In this document: positions 37,520 through 46,879 of the stretch, piece after piece
How positions within the stretch are numbered: position 1 is the stretch's first letter
How the letters are laid out: every line of letters starts with the position of its first letter
Source: Acidimicrobiaceae bacterium
GTDB lineage: Bacteria; Actinomycetota; Acidimicrobiia; Acidimicrobiales; Aldehydirespiratoraceae
NCBI GenBank assembly: GCA_028819005.1
Contig: JAPPMP010000028.1
Location: forward strand, 685-64,684
DNA: 64,000 nucleotides
Reading direction: 5' to 3'
Position numbers and translations under genes: made by a program
Notes under the pieces: model-generated
Databases searched by the model: none
Seen by the model: only the letters and a program-made list of their open reading frames with translations
What the model was told of the DNA's origin: nothing

Positions 37520-37718
37520 TGACACTAAAGGAATTACAAGCTAGTGATATATAGGTTTACCTGCGCTTTCAGGTCTACTATAAATCTACTCTAAACGCTC
37601 GAAACATCAGAGTCAGCCGGAAGTGAGCATATCGGCGGGGATCTTCATGTCGAGGGCACCGAGGAATCCTCCGGCGTCTGTGACGGCGTTGCCTGTCGTC
37701 TCATGCGCTCACCACATT

Positions 37719-38150
37719 TCAGCGGGGGATCGGGCGATAATCACAGCCGAGATGCGACATCGCAGACCGAATACGCGGCCCGTCGTCTCCGGTCCAAACG
37801 CAAAGCGGAGCGGAAAGGTGTTCGGCAGCCGCGACGGCTTCGGCGCCGAGAGTAGAGAGTTGATGAGCGTCGGCAAGTTCGGCCATTCGGTAAGCAAGGT
37901 TGCGAACCGGAACCACCTCGATGTCGGGGTGAAGGTCGAGGAGTTGTCGTCCCAACGCTTGACGGGCACTGCGGGGCCACGAACCGGTGAGGGCCCCTCC
38001 GGTTGCGGACACGGCACTTCGACACAGTCGAACCAGATAGAGATTGGTTGTGGCCGGTTCATGATCGACGAGCACCTGGGCCAACCCGTCGCTCAACTCA
38101 CCGGAAAGCAAGTCGCGCAGGAGATGGTCGTCGAGGACCGTTCGGCTCAC
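37719..38150 (-). CDS. PIN-like toxin
   Basis: N-terminal VLDD, LSTLGAEAVAAA, VWTGDD; overlaps the stop of the upstream AbrB-like gene. Confidence 0.65.
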   Translation of the reverse strand: MSRTVLDDHLLRDLLSGELSDGLAQVLVDHEPATTNLYLVRLCRSAVSATGGALTGSWPRSARQALGRQLLDLHPDIEVVPVRNLAYRMAELADAHQLSTLGAEAVAAAEHLSAPLCVWTGDDGPRIRSAMSHLGCDYRPIPR

Positions 38151-38398
38151 GTTGTGGCAAGGTCTGGATCGTCGGCCAAGCCGTGAACGAAAGCGGCGTG
38201 CTCGTCACGTCCCAGGAGGTCGGCGAGCAGATGACGCCCCTCGCCCTTGGGCACCGTGAGCACACCAAATCCGAGATCCAATACGTCGACCGGTCCTCCG
38301 TCATCAAGATTCCAGCGATGCCGAACGCTGGCAGGCAGACACACTTGGCCCGACGACGACACGAGATATTCCTGTACGTTGCTCACGAGCCGCAGCAT
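38147..38398 (-). CDS. AbrB/MazE-type antitoxin
   Basis: VSSSGQVCLPASVRHRWNLDDGGPV swapped-hairpin motif. Start uncertain (38386 or 38398). Confidence 0.75.
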   Translation of the reverse strand: MLRLVSNVQEYLVSSSGQVCLPASVRHRWNLDDGGPVDVLDLGFGVLTVPKGEGRHLLADLLGRDEHAAFVHGLADDPDLATT

Positions 38399-38471
38399 AC
38401 TTGGTAAAGGGAGTTGTGTCACCAAGTATCAATCTGGGCGTGCCACCCGAACCGCGATAGCTCCAAAACCG

Positions 38472-39734
38472 TTAGTTCCAGGAGATGTCCAGGGGGAGGT
38501 GTTCGTGGCGACGCACGAACATGCTGCTCTCCCACTGGGGCGGGTCGTCCTCGGTCAGCGCGAAGAAGCTGGTCTCATCTAGCAGCCGCTTGATGCTGCA
38601 GTGAGTCTCCATTCGGGCCAGAGACGCGCCCACGCAGTGGTGGATCCCTCGGCCGAACGCCAGATGGCTGCGGGGCAGGCGTCGGTTCAACACCACCTCG
38701 TCCGGTCGATCAAATTCGACGGGGTCGCGGTTGGCCGAAGCCCACAGCAGCATTGCGGTGGTGCCGGCTTTGAGAGTTGTGCCGCCGAGTTCGCAGTCTC
38801 GTTTCACCTGGCGATAGTGGCCCCGAAACGGCGACTCCAGCCGAACGGCCTCCTCAACGAAAGGCTCGATGAGGTTGTGGTCGGCCCGGATCTGGTCTTG
38901 GAGTTCGGGATCGTCGGCCAGCATCCGTGTGGCGTTGCCGATCAGCGAAGCGGTCGACTCGCCACCCGCCCCGAGCAGAACCACGAGAGTTCCGATGGCG
39001 TCCTCCGTCTTCAGATCGCCGTTAGCCACTGCCTTGGCACACACGCCTACAAGGTCGTTGCCCGGGTCTTTGCCGGCCTCGAACAGCTTGTCGACGAGAT
39101 ACGGCGCGGCGTCTCCCATCTCGACTGCCAAAGCGGCCATGGCTTCGAGGTCACGGATTCCAGCCAGCACGTGGCCGCCCTGCAGCGCCCAGCGCATCAC
39201 ATCGGGCCAGTCCTCGTCGGGCAGTCCGATCAGGCGTCCGATCACCCGGGCGGGAATCGGATGGGCGACCGTGTTGGCCCACTCGACCCGCGTCCCACGG
39301 GCTCGAGCGTCGGCAATGTGGTCTGCGACGATGGACTCGATGTAGGGGCGCATCTCCTCCATGCGGCGGGCCACCAGTTCGGGGAACACGACGCTGCGGT
39401 GCTTGGTGTGCTCGGGCGGGTCGGCGGTGGCCAGGGTGGTGGTGCCCTCGCCGAGATCGTCTGTGCGGAACAGTGCGGGCGAACCGTCGTCGCCGGTGAT
39501 CACCAGCACGTCGAGGTGGTTCGAGAAGTCGTCTATCCGCCGGAGTGCGTCCAGGATGTGCTCGTGTGAAGCCACGAACGCCAAGTCGAGCCCTGGCACC
39601 AGCCACACGGGGTGCTCTTGGCGGAGCCGTTCGAAGAACGGGTAGGGGTTGGCCAAGACCCCCGGATCGATGATCGTGCGGGCCTCCAGAGTACCGCTGA
39701 ACGACTCGGTAGAGTTCATGTCAGATGTTGCCAC
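38472..39734 (-). CDS. Cytochrome P450
   Basis: DPPEH, AGGEST, EEAVR (ExxR), FGRGIHHCVG heme ligand. Confidence 0.95.
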   Translation of the reverse strand: MATSDMNSTESFSGTLEARTIIDPGVLANPYPFFERLRQEHPVWLVPGLDLAFVASHEHILDALRRIDDFSNHLDVLVITGDDGSPALFRTDDLGEGTTTLATADPPEHTKHRSVVFPELVARRMEEMRPYIESIVADHIADARARGTRVEWANTVAHPIPARVIGRLIGLPDEDWPDVMRWALQGGHVLAGIRDLEAMAALAVEMGDAAPYLVDKLFEAGKDPGNDLVGVCAKAVANGDLKTEDAIGTLVVLLGAGGESTASLIGNATRMLADDPELQDQIRADHNLIEPFVEEAVRLESPFRGHYRQVKRDCELGGTTLKAGTTAMLLWASANRDPVEFDRPDEVVLNRRLPRSHLAFGRGIHHCVGASLARMETHCSIKRLLDETSFFALTEDDPPQWESSMFVRRHEHLPLDISWN

Positions 39735-39837
39735 AAACCTCGATTGACTTGCCTGCCGGCTTCGGTTGGTTCTGTCGATGTCAAGGGTTCGGCGAGGTCG
39801 CCATGAGCATCGTTGTATGGTCCGGCGCCGGCTGCTG

Positions 39838-40287
39838 TCAGATGTCGGACCATTCCCTAGCGTCGACGTATCTGCTCAGGTGAGTGGCATTGGTAGTTGC
39901 CACCACCACGGTTTCAGCGAGGTTTGCCGTTGGGGCGTGTCGAGCCTGCGCTGCGAGGATGACGTCTCCATCTAGAGCCGCGTCGTGAGCGGTCGGCAAA
40001 CCGCTATTGCGAGCTTCGGCCCACAACGAGGCGGCGTCTCGCATCATCGCCGTTGTCAGCGGCAAGTACCCGAAGCCGGCAGTGAGTTGGTCGAGCCTCG
40101 CCAGGCCGAGTTGCTTGTCGGCGCGCAGCAGTTCTCGGCGGACTTCATAGTCGGCTATCTCGGGGACGACGAGACGGTGTCCCGCGGTCAGGCGCGCTTC
40201 GGCCCACTCTCGGGCTTCTTGACCCTTTGTGGTGTGTGCCGGGTTGCTGAGCAATCCGAGAGGGCCACTGTCGAGTAGGAGCAACAT
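39838..40287 (-). CDS. PIN-domain (VapC-like) toxin
   Basis: MLLLLDSGPLG, PEIADYEVRRELLR, LDGDVILAAQA, VATTN. Confidence 0.85.
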   Translation of the reverse strand: MLLLLDSGPLGLLSNPAHTTKGQEAREWAEARLTAGHRLVVPEIADYEVRRELLRADKQLGLARLDQLTAGFGYLPLTTAMMRDAASLWAEARNSGLPTAHDAALDGDVILAAQARHAPTANLAETVVVATTNATHLSRYVDAREWSDI

Positions 40288-40288
40288 C

Positions 40289-40807
40289 TCAGAATACGCG
40301 CCCTGATTCGTGCCTTGTCTTTCCGAGGGCTTCCATGAGGAAGCGGGCTGTCTCCTCTCTTTCACAGTTGTCGCCGATCTCGGCTACGGCCTCCAACGCG
40401 GCGAGCGCCGTTGAGATGTATACCGGTTCGGCTTCCTCTCGCTTGGTGTAGCGCTCGGCTTTGACGAAGTAACGCGCTCCGGAGACTGTCCCCTTCTTGC
40501 CTGTCTTCTGCCATCCGAGTTTGGCCATTTTCAGCCTGACTGCGACCCCGACGGTCTGGCGAAAGCGATCCGACCCCAAGACGGTTGCCATAGCCGGGTC
40601 GCCCTCAATGAATCGAACGACACCGGCCAACGCAGGTTTGCCATACGACTCGGCATCCATCAGGCGTTGCTCGTTAGCCGGGTCGTTGAGCAACTCGAAT
40701 AGACGCTTGTAGACAAGAGGGTGGTCGTGGAGCTGTCCCCGGTACCTGCGGGCGTGGGGATCACGGCGGAAGTCTTCGGCTTCAAGGCGCTGCGTGATGG
40801 TGTTCAC
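40289..40807 (-). CDS. Hypothetical protein, probable antitoxin partner of the PIN gene
   Basis: 172-aa ORF ending 1 nt before the PIN start; no family recognised. Confidence 0.6.
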   Translation of the reverse strand: MNTITQRLEAEDFRRDPHARRYRGQLHDHPLVYKRLFELLNDPANEQRLMDAESYGKPALAGVVRFIEGDPAMATVLGSDRFRQTVGVAVRLKMAKLGWQKTGKKGTVSGARYFVKAERYTKREEAEPVYISTALAALEAVAEIGDNCEREETARFLMEALGKTRHESGRVF

Positions 40808-40876
40808 TGTCGATCCCTCCGTCGTTCAAGCGCTGATTACCATATGAGACTCTACAAAGGAGATACAAAATATAGA

Positions 40877-40893
40877 GGTCTAAATATTAGACC
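40877..40893. promoter_or_regulatory. Palindromic operator candidate upstream of the 40807 gene pair
   Basis: GGTCTAA-ATA-TTAGACC in an AT-rich patch. Confidence 0.5.
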
Positions 40894-41390
40894 GATTGGT
40901 GACCAGATCACGAAACTGTACGGGTCAGGTCTGTGGGGAGTCGGATTGTTTCAGCACACTTGAGATCTGCGTTGTGTCCGACCATGAGGTCCCGCGTTCG
41001 AGGCAGCGTCTCTCTGAAGAACCGGGAGACGGAACTGTCGTAGTCTGTGAGGAGTGAGGTCAACGGCACAGGGTGAGATTACTGCGGAATCTCCTGCAAG
41101 GGGACTCCACGATCATATTTTTATGATATTTGATGTGATATGAATTGAAATACGAGTATCGTTGCCATGCGTTGGTCTCGTTGATCTGTGAAACGACCGC
41201 AGCGGTTCGGTGAAGTCTGCGGGCACACAACCCGCTACCGGTGTGGCGCAACGCCTCGACGCGCAGCCCCTACGATGCGTGTCGTGCCCGTGGGCGGGGT
41301 GACGCCGTTGATCAGATCCGTGCCGAGGCAGATGATGACAGCATCCTGCGAGCGGGCTAACGGCCAAGGAGCGAATTAGAGTAGGGGCCT

Positions 41391-42170
41391 ATGGACTATC
41401 GCAATCTTCTCTACAAGCGTGATGACGCCTACGTGACGATCACGCTCAATCGTCCTGAGCGGCGAAATTGTCTGTCATCGGAGATGTTGTCCGAGCTCGA
41501 GGACGCATTGCGTGCCACCGGTGAGGTCGGGGAAGTAGCCGGCATCGTGCTCGCCGCCAACGGGCCGGTCTTCTCCTCAGGGCATGACCTCGGCGAGATG
41601 GCGAAGATGAACGAGGACGAGCTCAGGGGACTGTTCACGCTGTGCACGTCGACGATGACCGCTATCGCGGAGATCCCCCAGGTGGTGATCGCTCAGGTGC
41701 ATGCGCTGGCCACCGCTGCCGGTGCGCAACTCGCAGCCAGCGCCGATCTGATCGTGGCGAGTGCCGAGGCTGCTTTCGCCACGCCGGGTGGCAAAGGCGG
41801 GCTGTTCTGCCACACACCGATGGTGGCCGTGGCCCGACCGTTGGGCCGGAAGCGGGCGGTGGAACTGGCGCTCACGGGCGACACGATCGACGCGGCCACA
41901 GCGCTCGACTGGGGGCTTGTGAACCGTGTTGTCCCTGCAGAAGAGCTTGAATCCGCGACTCTGGACCTGTTGAAGCGGGCGACACGGGGCAGCCGCTACG
42001 CCAAAGGCGTGGGCAAACAGACGCTCTATGCCCAGATGGACATGCCAACCGGCGACGCGTACGAGTTGGCGATCGACGTCATGGCCCGCAACGCGGCGCG
42101 TGGTGACGGAGCCGAGTGGCCCAAGGCCTTTGTCGAGAAGCGCCGCGCCGTCTGGACCCACTCGGGCTAG
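41391..42170 (+). CDS. Enoyl-CoA hydratase/isomerase-family protein
   Basis: ITLNRPERRN, FSSGHDL, ATAAGAQL, ATPG, LFCHTP. Confidence 0.9.
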   Translation: MDYRNLLYKRDDAYVTITLNRPERRNCLSSEMLSELEDALRATGEVGEVAGIVLAANGPVFSSGHDLGEMAKMNEDELRGLFTLCTSTMTAIAEIPQVVIAQVHALATAAGAQLAASADLIVASAEAAFATPGGKGGLFCHTPMVAVARPLGRKRAVELALTGDTIDAATALDWGLVNRVVPAEELESATLDLLKRATRGSRYAKGVGKQTLYAQMDMPTGDAYELAIDVMARNAARGDGAEWPKAFVEKRRAVWTHSG

Positions 42171-42202
42171 ACGAACCTCGTGCTCACGTCCCGAGCAACA
42201 GA

Positions 42203-42928
42203 TCAGGTGAGTTTGTCGATCATCGAGTGCTCGACCTGGTCGAGGTGCGATTCGGCGGCTAGGCGCATTGCCGTGGCGTCGCCGGCGACAAAGGCTGCGG
42301 CGATCGCGTGATGACCGTCGGATGAATCGGCGATGATCTTGGCGACTTCGGCCTGGTTGGCCTCCGAGCTCAGCAACGTGAAGAACTCGACTGAGCGGAA
42401 GAGCCGGTCGAGCACCTTGCCGTACAGTTCGATGAGCAGCGGGTTGTCGCAGCTCGCGGCGATAGTGGTGTGAAACTCGCGATCAAGGCGGCGGAACTTG
42501 CCGATCTCCAGAGAGCCGTTGAAACGCGCTGCGAGTGACGCCACCCGCTCGCGGTCCTCGTCGCTCGCCCGCACTGCGGCCATCTCGAAGAGCGGCACTT
42601 CGAGCGCCCGCCGAGTTTCGAACAGCTCGGCGACGAACGATTTGCCGTTCCCGGCGCCGCCCGGTGCGACGACGACCTCGGGGAGATGCTCTGCAACGTA
42701 GGACCGGTTGCCTCGCCGCTCCACGACGCCCAGAGACGCCAGGCCCTGCATCGCTTCCCGCACCGAGGTCCGAGCGACCCGGAAGCGTTCGCTGAGATCT
42801 CGCTCTGAGGGCATCCGTGCGCCTGGAGCGAGTTCGCCGGTGGTGATTCTCTCGAGCAGTTGGGTCCGAATCTGGGAACTGACTGTCTGGCGCGAGATCG
42901 GTTCGAAGGGATGATCATCTGGCATCAC
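42203..42928 (-). CDS. GntR/FadR-family transcriptional regulator
   Basis: PSERDLSERFRVARTSVREA wHTH; FCD domain with DREFH and NPLL. Confidence 0.92.
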   Translation of the reverse strand: MMPDDHPFEPISRQTVSSQIRTQLLERITTGELAPGARMPSERDLSERFRVARTSVREAMQGLASLGVVERRGNRSYVAEHLPEVVVAPGGAGNGKSFVAELFETRRALEVPLFEMAAVRASDEDRERVASLAARFNGSLEIGKFRRLDREFHTTIAASCDNPLLIELYGKVLDRLFRSVEFFTLLSSEANQAEVAKIIADSSDGHHAIAAAFVAGDATAMRLAAESHLDQVEHSMIDKLT

Positions 42929-42986
42929 GATTGTTCTCCGCTGTTGTCCCCCGGGGCCAGAGCAGATTCTGGTCAGATCGGTTCAA

Positions 42987-43055
42987 TGGTCCGACCAAGA
43001 TACCACAGTCGTTCTGGTGAGGTGGCCGGCGCGGTTGGTCAGACCAACTGACCAT
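42987..43055. promoter_or_regulatory. Putative GntR/FadR operators, copies 3 and 4
   Basis: TGGTCCGACCA-AGA-TACCA (42987-43005) and TTGGTCAGACCAACTGACCAT (43035-43055), between the regulator and the divergent VOC gene. Confidence 0.75.
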
Positions 43056-43083
43056 GCTAGTTTCGGGGACCGGGAGGCCTGCC

Positions 43084-43560
43084 GTGACCGAATCGACTTA
43101 CCAACTTCACCCCACCGAAGCTCGATGGACGCACATCGCTCTGCGGGTCAAGGACATGGACGCCACGATCGAGTGGTACACCGAATTCACCCCTCTCGAA
43201 CTGATCGATCGACGTGAAGACGACGACGGGTACGGCGCCTGGCTGGGGATGCCGGGTGAAACCAACAACCCGTTCATCTTGGTGCTCGCGCAGTTCTTCG
43301 AAGGCAAAGACCCCTTCGCCGGCGCCCCGCTCGCAACGCTCGCCCCGTTTGCCCATCTCGGTATGGAACTGCCTACCGAACAAGGCGTTGACGCCATGGC
43401 AGCCAGGGCCGCAGACGCCGGTTGTCTGGCGATGCCTCCCACGATGATGCCCCCGCCGATCGGTTACATCACGATGCTGCGCGATCCCGACGGCAACATG
43501 GTGGAGTTCTCATGGGACCAGGGCGTTTACGCCACACTTCAGGAGCAGTGGGGCGCGTAG
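43084..43560 (+). CDS. VOC/glyoxalase-family protein
   Basis: WTHIALRVKD, AHLGME, LRDPDGNMVEFS. Confidence 0.85.
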   Translation: MTESTYQLHPTEARWTHIALRVKDMDATIEWYTEFTPLELIDRREDDDGYGAWLGMPGETNNPFILVLAQFFEGKDPFAGAPLATLAPFAHLGMELPTEQGVDAMAARAADAGCLAMPPTMMPPPIGYITMLRDPDGNMVEFSWDQGVYATLQEQWGA

Positions 43561-43625
43561 AACCGAGGCGCTGCCGGCGCTAGCACGCGAACCCGCCGGA
43601 TCCCGGCGATCAGGCGTGCTGGCGA

Positions 43626-44210
43626 TCAAGTGTCGATGTGGCGGTTGTACTCGAGCAGCACAGGGTCGCCGCCCCAGTTGTCGAGAACCGAGACCGAGCC
43701 CGGGTAGACCCACATTTTGAGAATCATCGCGGGGTCGCCGCCGGTGGCCCAGATCACCGCGGATTTGATCGGCGTCGCGTGGGTCACCACCAGAATGTTC
43801 TCGTCGGCTGCGCGTTCGGTCATCTCGGCGCAAGCCTCGGCGACTCGGTTGTGCAGCGACGGCAACGATTCGCCGCCCTTGGGCCTGTAGTTGATGTCGG
43901 CGCGCCAACGCGTGCCGAGATCGGGGGCCACTTCTTCGACTTTGCGTCCTTCGAACTCGCCGAAACTGATTTCGCGCCAGCGGTCGTCGATCTCACAGAC
44001 GTCGGATGAGAAGCCTGCCAGCACTGCGGTCTGCCGGCTTCGTTGCAATGAAGTCGTGAAGGTCGCGTCGATGTCCCAGCGGTCGCGGACATACGCGCCG
44101 GCCTTCTCGGCCTGGAGTTTGCCGACCTCGTCGAGGGGTATGTCGGAGTCGCCTTGCAGACGCGATTCGGCATTGCTTGCCGTACGTCCGTGACGCACCA
44201 GGATCAGCAC
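43626..44210 (-). CDS. Histidine phosphatase (phosphoglycerate mutase) family protein
   Basis: LVRHG, EISFGEFEG, GGES, VVTH. Confidence 0.9.
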   Translation of the reverse strand: MLILVRHGRTASNAESRLQGDSDIPLDEVGKLQAEKAGAYVRDRWDIDATFTTSLQRSRQTAVLAGFSSDVCEIDDRWREISFGEFEGRKVEEVAPDLGTRWRADINYRPKGGESLPSLHNRVAEACAEMTERAADENILVVTHATPIKSAVIWATGGDPAMILKMWVYPGSVSVLDNWGGDPVLLEYNRHIDT

Positions 44211-44268
44211 CTAGTCAGTGTCGCACAGTTCGCCCGCCAGAGCGATTGCGCTGAGGGTTCGGCCCCGA

Positions 44269-45210
44269 TCAAGTACCGGCCAACGCCGCGACGACCTTGC
44301 CGAAATGCTCCATGCCCTGGCCCCCGTCCTGCTGCACCACCACATAATTGAAGCCCCAGCGTTCGCGGCGCTCCTGAAGGGTCTCCACGATCTGTGGAAC
44401 CGAACCCACCAGCAGAGCGGGTGTTCGGGCAACCTCAGAGACCGGAGAGTTGAACATCTCCGCGAAGAACCCCAGAGTTCCGTCGCGGTCGTCGGTGACG
44501 GTGGTGTTCATGGTGAGCGAGCTGATCTCCAATTCGTCGAGGCGACTCCCGGCGCACTCACGCAGACGAGCAACCTTTCGGTCGTAGGCGTCCGGCATCG
44601 AGTCTGCGATCGCTTCAACGCCGACCTCTCCAGCGCCGAGATTCGCGGTGACGCCGACGATGTCAGCGTGGGCAGCTGCCACGCCGAGCATTCGGGGACC
44701 GCCTCCGCCGATGATGATCGGGGGACCGGACTCGGTCCACGGTTCGGGGTGGCCTTCGTAGTCGGTGACGGTGTAGTGCTCGCCCGCGAAGTCGAACGGC
44801 CCCTGCGCCCAACACCTCTTGATGATCGCCAGGCTCTCGAGGAACCGGTCAATGCGCAGCCCCGGCCGGTCATAGGCCATCCCGGACTGTTCGTAGTCGG
44901 TGCGCATCCAACCGGCGCCGAGACCGAACTCGCAGCGCCCCTCCGAGATCTGGTCGAGAGTCGCCATCTCCTTGGCCAGCGTCACCGGGTGGCGGTAGTC
45001 GTTGCCGAAGACAAGGGCCCCGACTTTCAGTTCGGTTGTGACCGCTGCAGCCGCGGCGAGTGCCGTTATCGGACCGTATTGGTGGTGGAAGTGGTCCGGC
45101 ATGAGGATCGACGAATAGCCTTGATCCTCGGCGTAGCGAGCAGAGTCTAGCCAGCTCAGCTCATCGATTGGCGAGTGGAGTTGCAGACCGAAGCGGAAGG
45201 GTTGAGTCAT
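44269..45210 (-). CDS. LLM-class, probably F420-dependent, oxidoreductase
   Basis: PDHF, NDYRHPVTLAKEMATLDQISEGR, GLGAGW, IGGGGPRML. Confidence 0.85.
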   Translation of the reverse strand: MTQPFRFGLQLHSPIDELSWLDSARYAEDQGYSSILMPDHFHHQYGPITALAAAAAVTTELKVGALVFGNDYRHPVTLAKEMATLDQISEGRCEFGLGAGWMRTDYEQSGMAYDRPGLRIDRFLESLAIIKRCWAQGPFDFAGEHYTVTDYEGHPEPWTESGPPIIIGGGGPRMLGVAAAHADIVGVTANLGAGEVGVEAIADSMPDAYDRKVARLRECAGSRLDELEISSLTMNTTVTDDRDGTLGFFAEMFNSPVSEVARTPALLVGSVPQIVETLQERRERWGFNYVVVQQDGGQGMEHFGKVVAALAGT

Positions 45211-45388
45211 GGACGGAGCGTAGAGGACACGCCCTGTCCATGACATCCCCTGCAGGATGTTGTGTCAGCCTTTGGCCTCGGTGAAGGCTTCGGCACAGTT
45301 GACTTGATGGTCCCTCTTCAGCGATGCCCGGGACGGCGGCGGCGTGCCGGATTCGGTCAGTTCATCGAGCCACAGTGCCCGTGCCGGC

Positions 45389-45883
45389 TCAATCATGTTC
45401 AGTGCTGTCGGACGTGTCTGCGCGTCGGGAGGCGAAGAAGTCGCTGAGCAGCACGGCGCATTCTTCGGCTCGCACTCCGTGGCGTGTGATGAATTCGTGG
45501 TTGAGCCGAGGATCGCTGCCAATGCTGTACAGCGATCCGCAGGCGCCGGCTTTGAGGTCCGCAGCGCCGTAGACGACACGGGCGACACGGGCCTGTTGCA
45601 GCACACCGGCGCACATGCAGCACGGTTCGAGTGTGCACACGACTGTGGCGCCGTCGAGCCGCCAGGAGTCGAGTGCTCTGGCGGCGTCTTGCACGGCCAG
45701 CAGTTCTGCGTGGGCGGTCGGGTCGTTCGACGCCTCTCGTTCGTTGTGGCGGCGGGCGATGATCCGGCCGTCGACGACCACCAGCGCTCCGACCGGTACG
45801 TCTCCGTGGATGGTTGCGAGGCGGGCCTCTTCGATTGCGATCCCCATCAGGGCTTCGTCGGTCGGATAGGCGGCGATCTCCAC
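45389..45883 (-). CDS. tadA: tRNA adenosine(34) deaminase
   Basis: DVPVGA, DPTAHAE, TLEPCCMCAG, DPRLNH. Confidence 0.9.
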   Translation of the reverse strand: MEIAAYPTDEALMGIAIEEARLATIHGDVPVGALVVVDGRIIARRHNEREASNDPTAHAELLAVQDAARALDSWRLDGATVVCTLEPCCMCAGVLQQARVARVVYGAADLKAGACGSLYSIGSDPRLNHEFITRHGVRAEECAVLLSDFFASRRADTSDSTEHD

Positions 45884-45887
45884 AGGC

Positions 45888-46097
45888 TCAGAGTCCGGCG
45901 TGCCAGTCGTAGCCGTGCTCTCCCCAATAGTCGCCGCCCGCTTCGGTCAGGAACTGGAAGATGCGAAGGCCGCTCCAGACCATGATGACGATCAACGGAA
46001 AGTTGATCCAGTGCATCCAGCGGCTGCCCCGGCGATGTTTGAGAATCGCCTTCTGGGTGGCTGGTTGTCCGGTTTCGACGGGGGTGTGGACGGTCAA
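45888..46097 (-). pseudogene. Probable deletion scar joining a cytochrome b N-terminus to a molybdopterin-oxidoreductase C-terminus
   Basis: KHRRGSRWMHWINFPLIVIMVWSGLRI joined directly to QFLTEAGGDYWGEHGYDWHAGL-stop; TTG start overlaps the lspA stop. Confidence 0.55.
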
Positions 46098-46594
46098 GGC
46101 TGTTCTTCGCTCGATGGCTGTTCGGCGGCGTCGGAGCGATGCCGGATCTCGTAGAGCACAAGCACAATACAACCGCATACGACGAACGTGTCGGCGACAT
46201 TGAAAACCGCGTACCACGTCACGTCTATGAAGTCGACGACGGCGCCTGAGAGCAGGCCGTCGTCAGCGCGCAGTATCCGATCTATTAGGTTGCCGAGTGC
46301 TCCTCCGAGGATCGCTGAGAGTATCGCGGCTCGGGCGGTGATGGTTTCGATCCACAGTCGCCAGCAGATGAATCCGCACAGAGCGATGACCAGAGCGCCG
46401 ATCAGCGGCCCGTGGCCGGCGCCGGTCCCGAACGAGAAACCGCTGTTGTAGGCGAGGTCCAGCTCGAGCGTCGGGAGGATCTCGATGATCCGGCCACCGC
46501 TCAGCCGATTGATCGCCCACTCCTTGGAGAGTTGATCGAGCGCCAGTGCGACGGCGATGACAATGGCTGTCGCCTGCCACTTCCGTGAGCGCAT
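46094..46594 (-). CDS. lspA: Lipoprotein signal peptidase II
   Basis: LDQLSK, YNSGFSFG, GGALGNLIDR, VVDFI, VFNVAD. Confidence 0.93.
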   Translation of the reverse strand: MRSRKWQATAIVIAVALALDQLSKEWAINRLSGGRIIEILPTLELDLAYNSGFSFGTGAGHGPLIGALVIALCGFICWRLWIETITARAAILSAILGGALGNLIDRILRADDGLLSGAVVDFIDVTWYAVFNVADTFVVCGCIVLVLYEIRHRSDAAEQPSSEEQP

Positions 46595-46879
46595 CAGTTC
46601 ACGCTACCGCTAGGTGAGCACTCCTCCCGCAGGGATTCCGGGCAGGGGTTCGGCCATGCCGAATATCGCTCGTCTGCTCAGGCTTTGCTGAGTGCCTGGG
46701 CCGGGCCTTTGCTGTCTGGTGGCGTTGTGAATAGAATTGACATGAAGTTTGCTGTCAATTATTGTCATATACCAGCTTCGCTGCCGGGCATCAACGGCGG
46801 CCGTTACGCCAGTCATTCACCACAGCGAGGCCCCGTGATCCAGCCCGCCCGTTTCCCAACACCAGAGACGCCCGACCCG

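Noticed and set aside
40897-40905. TGGTGACCA as a fifth GntR box
   Set aside because: Spacing differs from TGGT-N3-ACCA and the third half-site is missing.
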